Source: Fimbriosthenelais zetlandica (lineage: Eukaryota). From it: DNA of 64,000 bases. Shown here one piece after another: positions 55,281 through 64,000 of this stretch. The position numbers and the translations under genes were made by a program. Location: the NCBI GenBank assembly GCA_977030845.1, contig OZ365116.1, positions 16,616,001 through 16,680,000 on the forward strand. The letters run 5' to 3'. Positions within the stretch are counted from its first letter, which is position 1. Each line of letters begins with the position of its first letter. Below the pieces are notes generated by a model that saw only the letters and a list, made by a program, of their open reading frames with translations, was not told where the DNA came from and made no database searches.

Positions 55281-55700
55281 GTAAGTATAAACTATAGCTT
55301 ATGTTCAATACATTGGAAATATCTGTCGATCTAAAATATCATTCCACTGACTATAATACATGACAGTATTGTGGTCATATTATTCCATCCGCGGCTCCCA
55401 CCCCAACCCCCTCCTCTGCCCCACACCCTCCACCCCTCCACTTTGAAGCAAAAATCCAATATCCAACATTTTTGAAGTTCTGATGACCCAAAGAGACGGG
55501 GTCAGACCATCAAATAAGACCATTTTCCCCTCTGCCCACCAACACACAGCCTCATTTAAGTGGCTTTTTGGTGAAAGTTGCTTTTTTCTTGGAAAAAGCT
55601 GAAGCAAGATTTGATCTTTGCTATGATGAGCATATGGAAACAGTCACTGGTGAGTTTCTGTTTGGCTTCACACATAACCTGCCCTCATTTATCATTTTTC

Positions 55701-55715
55701 CTGGGGGCTGTTTCA
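55701..55715. mobile_element. Solo left terminus of the same MITE family
   Basis: CTGGGGGCTGTTTCA; the right end is not confidently identifiable. Confidence 0.35.
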
Positions 55716-56375
55716 GAGAAATATCAAGAGCTCTAGTGTTTACATTGAAAGATGTCAGTGACGGTATTATACTATGGAATTATCATAGAAACTTCAATGA
55801 ACCTTGACCCTGAATAAAATGATTCCCACACTATTTTTCCTTCATGTGATATTTGAGCTGTCATATATATTTTTTATGATATACACCCTTGGTATGGCAT
55901 CAGGAGGCTGGGATCCAGCCAATTAGTAGCGGTGTCAGTGTAGTACCGGGTTATGGCACAGGGGGCGCCTCAGTGAATGAGAGACTCGGACTTCTATTAT
56001 GGAAGTGTCAAGGCTGGGTGGGAGGAGGGGAGGGAGAAGCCTGTTGTGGGGCACTCCTAATGAACCTGGGAGCCAAGCATTTCCCCAATCTCTATGATTT
56101 ATGAAAATAAAATCTATTTCAAAAGGACTGGTTTTATAGATAGGGAATGGATGAGGGTTATTGACTACATATATTTAAAAAAAGACGAAAGGAGAAAAAT
56201 ACTTAATAGTTGAAAGGTACCGGTACCTATTTTGAACCTAGAGTCCCACTCCCGGAAGGCAAGGACAGGGGAGAGGGACAGGGCAGATGGCGAGATGAGA
56301 GAGAGGCAGGATGACTTGACAGGCTTGGCAGCCCCAGTGCTGATCTACCACAGATGCCATATGACATTTTGTGAT

Positions 56376-56389
56376 GTTGCTATGACAAC
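56376..56389. promoter_or_regulatory. RFX X-box motif
   Basis: GTTGCTATGACAAC matches the palindromic X-box consensus. Confidence 0.5.
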
Positions 56390-56425
56390 GTGTTAGTTAG
56401 ACTGATGTCCTGGTCACAGATCTGT

Positions 56426-56460
56426 GGGGGAGGGGGTAGGGGGGAGGGGGAGGGGGTAGG
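56426..56460 (+). repeat. G-tract array with strong G-quadruplex potential
   Basis: Five runs of 5-6 G separated by 1-2 nt loops, on the sense strand of the intron. Confidence 0.8.
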
Positions 56461-59400
56461 ACTGGAGGAGTAGGTTTTTAAGACTTGTAGCTAGACCAGG
56501 CTTGTGAGTTGTGAGGTGGAGACAGGTATGGTGGTATAGAATTCTGGCAAATTATCTGATTAAAAGGAAACTGGATGGCTTCTGGACCCAACATCTAGCA
56601 AAATATTCACACATTGAAAACACCAACTTATATAGACTAAAGCAGAGACACCGTGGCTTTAGCCATAACCTATATCACATAGGCTAGGATATAGACGACC
56701 ACTCCTTCACTCTCTGTCCCTCCCTCTCTCTATCTTCTATCACTCATCAGTAAATCCCATCATCTCCTCCCTGTCAACCTACCACAAGATTAAATCAGCC
56801 ACTTTGTGAATCCTTCTAGAAAAAAAGCCACATCAAAGCCAGTCAACTGGTCAGCTTGGAGACATGCGTCCCTGCAATGGGTTCCATCTCCCCTCCCATC
56901 TCCATAAAGTAGCCAATATAGGCTACCTCGGCTCCATATAATGCCCTATGTAGGCCTACACCCAGAAAGTATTTTTAAAAAATCGTTTTATCATTTATTC
57001 AACAAAAAAGGCAATATTTTGATCTGATAAATAGGATATCTATGGTTTTGTAATTTGCTACCAAACCATCCGTCGAAGGTGACCACGCGCCAGACAAAAA
57101 ACAACAAAAGTTCAATTGCCCGACCCTTTTGGGAAGGAAAAATGGAAAGAAATTAAAACCAAATAGGAAATATGTGACAGTAGAGTGCGAACATGACTGT
57201 CACATTCGAGGAATTGACAATTAGATATAGGGCCTATAATAGTAGGGGCCTACCTGTATTCGTTTGGAACTTCTGGTCATCAAGATTTCTGGTCATATAG
57301 CCTAGGCCTACGGTAGGCTATACCGACTTTCAACTGAGTCTTCAAAATTATGTGAACATAAATTTATTCAGGCTCTAAAGGCGAAATGAAGTCGATGAAA
57401 TGAAGTCTGTCAATGCGCCTAACCCCCATGACCCAAGGGCAAAGGGTCACCGGTGGCGGCATTCTAAGCATATCGTCCACGAGACAGAATAATCGTGATC
57501 CAGGAGATCGAGGTTTAAAAAATATGAAACGCCTTCCAACACAGAATACTTGGTATCCATATCCCAGTCAATTTTCCGAAGATTTAGTCCTGAAAGTATC
57601 AGTAAACAGCTTGTAAAACGCATTCAATGTAGTTAAACTCCAGACTGTGGCGCCATGTGCCATCAGGTGGTGCTCCTTCGAATCTCTTCGAGTTGACGTA
57701 TATAAGACGTTTGTATGCCTAGTTTCGAATCCTCAAATTTCTTTACAGGCACAAAGCAGTCAAATAAAATGTTAAACAGACATCATTTTAATAGTAATAG
57801 ATTCAAATAGATTCTAGTGAAACCTAAGTAATGTTTAGGAAGAACGAAAATACGAAACTGAACTCGAACTCAATGTCTAGATAATAATTAGGTCACCTGA
57901 CATGATTGCCCGGCGTGGTCGCTTGATTCATCGATGACGATGTTGATTGGGGGAAAAAGGCCGAAATCTGATGGTAACACGTCAAATTGACTGCTAAAAT
58001 TATTAAGGTATGAAAGTTTATATTATATTTATATAAGCCTTCAATAATTATAACTGTCATGTCTTAATTATGGCGAACTTCGGTGTTTTCCATGTGCGTT
58101 GCCCGGCAGTGTGTACCATTCATAGACTATCCACCATTGCATTAAGCCTAGTAGACAGGCGTGCCATGTGCGCTGACAATTTTGCAATTGTGCAGCCTAA
58201 ATAAATCTAAATGATTTGGCAGAGATTTAGGGGCGTACTTACGAGATATTATTTTTAGAAGTACAAAAGATATTCCTCAATTATTGCTTTATTGTACGTG
58301 CTAATTGGGCTAATTACAAGCGCTGTTGTCATTAGGCTAACACCTGATTTGAATGGGGCCTGGGGCTTAAACCAAGATGTTTAACTAACATTTCATGGTA
58401 TTTCAACTTACCCCTATGTTTTCCACCTCAGAAAATTTCATGTAAATATGGGCGGGTCATATATTATCACCCATTGTTTAACCCAAGCTGAATCACATTT
58501 CAGCTTGGCTAGTTAAGCTACATTAATTTGCGGGTTCTTTAGGCCTACACCCATTATATAGGCCCCATTATATAGTTTACCCCATTATACCAGCGTAATA
58601 TCGATGCCCTAATGTCCATTTAGTGAGTAAAGGCCCATCACAGTAAATATATAGACCGGCCAGAGATTTGTATTCAACTATCAGGTTTTGTGTAGGGGAT
58701 AAGGTCCTTGGGTATGTTTCATTGTACAAGAGGAATTGTAAAAGAATTTCTTTACGGATCATTCACAAGACCTCATCATGATCTTCCCCGTACATTGTAA
58801 GTTTAACACAAGTTAATGTAATTAGGATTTTCCAGCAAATGGATTTTTAATTAAAAGAATCATAATGAAATTTCCCCTCCGCTTAGCATTAGTATTATGA
58901 GTTCAGCAGACATTTACAATCGCGGTTTTGCCTTGATTTTTAATCGCTTGTGGCAAAACAATTTCTTCACAATTTTTATTAAATGTAACAGGCCAATTAT
59001 ATAATGGCTGACTGACTGGGGGCTTTTCCCTACTTAATAAGGAGTGAAGACTCGTCGAAACCCTGTGATTTTCTCGCAGGTTTGTATATTCCTTCATTCA
59101 TGATTTCATCGTGTCGATGTCTTGCGTTTAAACTCTCTCCTAAAGCGCTGCACTTTAGTGATGAAAAAGAATTACTGATTACTTTTCAATTTATTTTATT
59201 CTGTGATGGCCACGATTTCCGTTGGAGGAATTAGCACCACTTTTCCTCCGGTCTCCCTTAATTAGAAGATCTGCCAGATTATTTTCACTCATTAAATTTG
59301 GACCGTCTTGAGAAAAAGAATTGTTACCTCTTTTTAAGTGTTTTTATTTGAAAAGGCTTCCACACTTTCAGCATGGTAATGGTGCAATTTATTTGAGGAG

Positions 59401-62400
59401 GCCCCTTAAAAGCTGTTTTATCTTTGACATTTTGTCATGGCAAGTTACGGCCCCTATGGTGCGTGGCCGGTTCCGTGAGAAATTGTTTGGAAATGAAACA
59501 AATTTCGTTGACAGGGAATCATTGCAGTTCCTGGTATCAGCGAATCATATTCAGTCACCAACAATGTGCCTGACATGCTATGAATGAAAAGTCGTTTACC
59601 ACTCCTCTCCAGTCACTCCATTCTCATTTTAAGACCTGTGTTTGTTTAAAATCCCCCACCCCAAATAATGTAACCCTTTTAGTATTATTTCCCAATTTCT
59701 TAACTATTTAATCTGATCCATAATAGAAGAAACTTTGCAAAATTTCCCTTAAAAGTTTTAACAAAAATCCTGTTCAAACTCCTTATGATGATTGGAGGTA
59801 ACATTTACACTAGGTGAGTGGATTAATGGGCCATGAAAGCCCACATCATTTACCACCGTCCATGTTATGTTAACCTCAGCCCACATCACACACAGATACC
59901 CAGCTCTGTGGCACGCATACCGCACCTTTATAAAGGCCCAAATGACCGGAAGGGAAAGCAATTTGTGAAGGCCATCCATATTTGATGTGGGTACTTGGCA
60001 GCAGTCAGTCCCTGGTTGCTGATCAGGTGAGATGTAGAGCTGAGGATGAGGGTAAATAGCACATGGGAGAATTATACCACGGCGTCTGGTACCTAACTCA
60101 TCTCATCTCCCTCCTCTAAGTCTACACCCCAACTCAGTTAAACTACCCATCACCTCTCCCCATCCCAGACCACCGCACATTACCATCTTAGAGTCCGTAT
60201 AGGACTCCGTTAGCATGGTCTTATACAAGGGTTACCTCGCCCAGCTCAATGTATTCAATCCTGAACGTGATATATTTTAATTCAAATCTCAGTTCCACTC
60301 TCCAATTTTCCAATTCACTTCCAAGTTAAAAAACTAAATAAATAACAGGTAGTTGAAAAATAAGACAATAGTTTCAATATTAAATTTATAGTCTCCCGTG
60401 GCTTTGATCCTTGGTGACTTTGTGGGGGGTAAATATGGTATGAGGATTAGTGAGATCTGTCCTCAAATAAGATAATAAATCATATTAAAGGACAACAGTT
60501 CTCTCTTGGGTGTATGTCTGCCTTTCGCCCATCTCTCCTCATCTCATCAGCATCTCTATAAGACCACCACAGGGTCCACGTAGCTCCAGCTCTGTACTTT
60601 GTCACAAGTCTAAGTCAAAAAAGACATGTCTGGTGGTCCAGAACTTAGGTCCAGAGGGACATATAAAAAGGACAATAACTACAAAGTATATCTGACAGTT
60701 AGAAACTTACACAGGCTTGAGTCCTTGTCATCCTTATGCCACCATGAATGTCATTAATTATGAGCCACCATAGTGTGGGTCTCAGTCCCAACATTTTCAG
60801 AATTGATCCTGCTTTTTATCTGTATGTATTACGCTAACAGCCTTAGTCATAAGGGGTCACAGTATAAAGTGAAGATCCATACTGTTTTGGGTTAGTGTGG
60901 AGCTTGAGCATAAAGTGAAACTTGATCGGAGAGGAGGCCGGTCGTTAGGCATGTATGGGAAGCATGTAAACCTGACATAAAATGAAATTTGATCAGCTTC
61001 AGCGAGCGATCTGGGTACCATAGGCAAGACAAAGTGCTCAAACCTTCACATGCATTATGTATGGGATGTGTGGAAGTGCTACCCTCCAAGCTCAGGGAAT
61101 TATAAAGCAGGGATCAGTGGAACATACACTGTTAAACCTGACACTATTGATTCACACTGATCTTAACAGTGTAAGACAACCCACATCTTTGAGAACCTAG
61201 CCCTTACTTTTATCATGTCCTAGCAAGACATGAATGTTTCATATTTTGTCATAGGTCCAAGCAAATTTCTGTCTGCTAGAAGTCTTAAGACTACTCTTAA
61301 CACCTGCTTTGGGGATGTCAGCTGAGTGGGGGTTTTCTGTGTGTAAGATATGAGAGAATCCCATTCCATCCCTCCACAGTAAGCCTTGCTCAGCTTTTAA
61401 CTAGATTGAGTTAAATCTGAAAAACGACGACAGAATGTCTTTCAAGTGGGACCTTGAAAGAGATTAAAAGTGACTACTCCTGTAACTTCCCAGACAAATG
61501 CATCTACTCTATATAGAGATGGACTCTACAGGTCCCTATGTCTTCACGACAGGATTCCTCAGTTAGATCTAGAGGGCACTCCTTGAGCAAACTATTGTTG
61601 ATAGTTAGGTTTTAAGGTTGTCTTCTCTGAATAATCTCCAAAGGCATCAGCCCACCGAGGTAGAATTAGCGCCTCTTTTATCGTTTTCACATTTAACTGT
61701 TATTTTCTTATCACAATCGCTCAGAAATTAAATGAAAAATGAAAGATCCTTATCAAATTAAACTCAAGCGCTTTCACAAATGGGTTGCCTTTTAACTTCT
61801 GAGCAAATTGAATTTTGTGTGAGGCATGGTGCCTTTAAATTCTGGAAATGTTTTATGTGGCTCTCTGAAATTATACACGTTGTCTGGGAGAGAAAAATTT
61901 GAATAATAATGAATAGGAAATAATACTTTAATTTCCCTTTAGTAAATCCTCAAACCGTTATTTCGTAATCGGGTATTTCTGGCAGTTAAAAATCGAACTG
62001 CCTACAGTTTTTCGTCAGATGGCAAAACCTTTTTTTCAAATGTAATTTTTTAGTGAGTGCCTTAACATTTGCAATAGATTAAAAACATTAAAGGTTTTTT
62101 ATGGAGTCACTCTGCAGCCTCTCTCATGTATTATATGCTAAGATGCTTCCTTTTCACAGAGATACATTTAAAGATAGCTTTTTTCTCCATGACTATATGT
62201 TACTTCAGAGATGTAACAACCAAATGAATCAGACGTACTTTGAAGATAGTATTGTAAGTCTATGGAGACATACTGCCTCAATTACACAGTGCCTCTAAGC
62301 CAGCCGCCAGGCACCTACATTTGAAGCATCTGAACCAATTTAAATTTAAGTGTCCTAGCAGTTTCTTCACCATAATGATTTCCTTTCATGCTCTCTCTCC

Positions 62401-62903
62401 CTCCCCCTTCCTCTCCTCTCCATTCTCTGTCCCACCTTTGGAAAAAGCATCTTCACTATAACAGGCACACATGTGCGATGGGTGCATATTAAGATGTGTA
62501 ACACATATAACTGACCAAAACATAAAACTTAAAAATCCATTGATGTCTGCTGCAAATATTTAAAGCTTCATACTTGACATCAATCAAGAAGTGTAATTTA
62601 TGTAGGGCCATTAATGTAACTCCATTAAAAGAAGTACATTGTATAGATCTCCAGAGAATATATATATCTAGATTGGGACTTATCTATAATTTAATCTATA
62701 AGATCTTAGGTCCTAAATGGATAATGACTTAAGGTGTAGGTAGCTCGTTTCATTCTGTATAAAAATGAGATTATTTTTCTCAGGTTACTTCCGGCCCTTT
62801 ATGAGATAACCGTGGTATTTCTGTTTGCTAATGTTACCTCAATCCTAGACAAGCTCTAAAAGAAACATTAACAATTTTCTTATCTAACATTTGCTGTCTT
62901 CAG

Positions 62904-62909
62904 GGCCAG
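62904..62909 (+). CDS. sol-1: Candidate 6-nt alternative microexon (GGCCAG) within CUB1
   Basis: Context ttttcttatCTAACatTTGCtgtcttcAG|GGCCAG|GTAAGA. Symmetric phase 2-2 with no stop; it changes ...TN-K-C... to ...TN-K-A-R-C... No transcript evidence is available. Confidence 0.6.
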
Positions 62910-63293
62910 GTAAGAAACAATATAGATTTGAGTACCATCAAAATTTCAATACCCACATATATCACACAACTTACACTTAACTCACTCAAGCTATCTGTCT
63001 CATCACTTGCACACATGGCATATAATTTCTTTCACCCCAGCCTCTGGGAAATGTTCGAAGATAATTGATCGTCCTTTCCCAGCGATTAAAATCTTTCAAT
63101 TCTCTTTAAGAGCAACACTAACCATCGAGCACTTGTTTTTCCTCCCATCCTATAATTGATGATGGATTACTCATGGATAGGTGATATTTGATATCTGTCA
63201 TTTTGCCCAAATAAAATATCTCAACGAGTATTTCTTGTTCCTCAGAGAAACCAAATGATGATTTATTGACTGACTTTAACTTTTAAATTTCAG

Positions 63294-63502
63294 ATGTACA
63301 GACTTCCTCAAATTCTTCCTGGATCAGGAGCGGCCGGAGGTGAACGAGCGTCATCGCTGGAACTACGAGCTGTGTGGCAATATCTCCATGATTCAAAAGA
63401 AACATTACTCCTCAGGCAGAAGTATGATACTCGAACTGCACACAGATCCCATACAGGGAAACCACACTGGCTTCAGGGGCATCTTCAAATTTCTCGATAA
63501 AA
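63294..63502 (+). CDS. sol-1: Coding exon: C-terminal half of CUB domain 1, SOL-1-like
   Basis: Acceptor ttttaaatttcAG, donor A|GTAAGT (phase 1, typical of a CUB module boundary). AA+A gives Lys, then CTDFLKFFLDQERPEVNERHRWNYELCGNISMIQKKHYSSGRSMILELHTDPIQGNHTGFRGIFKFLDK. It has C-x-D, L-C-G, S-S-G-x-x-M-x-L-x-L-x-T-D and G-F-R-G-x-F motifs and two N-glycosylation sequons (NIS, NHT). Confidence 0.93.
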
Positions 63503-63631
63503 GTAAGTCACATATATTCTCTTCTATTTTATTATTATATTATTTTTGAGCTTGCAAACCCGCAGCTCCCCAAATAAAGGCAGTTTTTAATTGATCATGC
63601 CGATTGGACCTTTTTCTTGCTATTCCCCTGA

Positions 63632-63735
63632 TTTATTTGTCTATTTAGACCTTGGTTTATTTGTCTATTTAGACCTTGGTTTATTTGTCTATTTAGACTG
63701 TTTTATTTGTCTATTTAGACTTTGATTTATTTGTA
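63632..63735. repeat. Minisatellite, ~24-nt unit TTTATTTGTCTATTTAGACCTTGG, ~4.4 copies
   Basis: Two perfect units (63632-63679), then units with variable 3' ends and a partial fifth unit. Confidence 0.95.
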
Positions 63736-64000
63736 TTTATCTAGGGTGATTATATACTTTATACATTTAAACTGAAATTTCTTGTCAATGTAAAAGTTAC
63801 CACAGGACAGCATTTTTAATTTGTCTTCTGGAATAATTTATTAGTATTCTATCGATAAATCACGATGAACTACGCTTCTTCCATGTGAGTTTTCCCGGCA
63901 ATGGGATGAGTGATACACATATATACATATCAATATGGTGAGCAGGGTAAATAATCACTATTGATTGTTGTAATCAGCAAGGCGGTAGCCGCCATGTTGA

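Larger units (their letters stand above)
55281..63293 (+). other. Intron (8,013 nt, phase 2) splitting CUB1; contains the candidate microexon
   Basis: GT...AG bounded; the two flanking exons join into one continuous CUB domain. Confidence 0.9.

Noticed and set aside
55598-55657. Strong donor CTG|GTGAGT in intron 2 as a cassette exon end
   Set aside because: The available acceptors are purine-rich or give a stop codon in the phase-2 frame.
59800-59819. Recursive splice site (TAG|GTGAGT)
   Set aside because: The pyrimidine tract is poor and I found no convincing YAG|GTRAG site with a strong tract in the 30-kb intron either.
1-64000. The ~170 ORFs of 60-169 aa in the six-frame track as genes; also prokaryotic systems (CRISPR, operons)
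   Set aside because: The ORFs are short, scattered on both strands, lack recognisable domains, and are often low-complexity or use non-ATG starts. The real exons are defined by splice sites. No repeat-spacer array or dense gene packing exists.

Overview
This is animal (bilaterian invertebrate-type) genomic DNA of moderate GC content, almost entirely intronic or intergenic. There is no prokaryotic operon, CRISPR array or rRNA. The species cannot be determined from the sequence. Only one protein-coding gene can be reconstructed with confidence: the 5' part of a + strand secreted/membrane CUB-domain gene resembling invertebrate 'suppressor of lurcher 1' (SOL-1, auxiliary protein of ionotropic glutamate receptors). 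It has a signal-peptide exon (24383-24458), a 30,641-nt intron, CUB1 first half (55100-55280), an 8,013-nt intron and CUB1 second half (63294-63502). All junctions are canonical GT-AG and phase-consistent, giving 155 aa, and the gene runs off the right end. Almost all ORFs in the six-frame track look like chance ORFs. The rest of the window holds decayed tRNA-type SINEs, a dispersed MITE family with GGGGCTGTTTCATAA-like termini, short tandem repeats, purine/pyrimidine tracts and candidate regulatory motifs (RFX X-boxes, K50 homeodomain clusters, CTCF-like, YY1). The most interesting observation is a frame-preserving 6-nt candidate neural microexon (62904-62909) with the branch-point/UGC/strong-donor signature and a downstream YCAY cluster; it would insert two residues into a CUB1 loop. 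All identifications are by eye, with no database searches.
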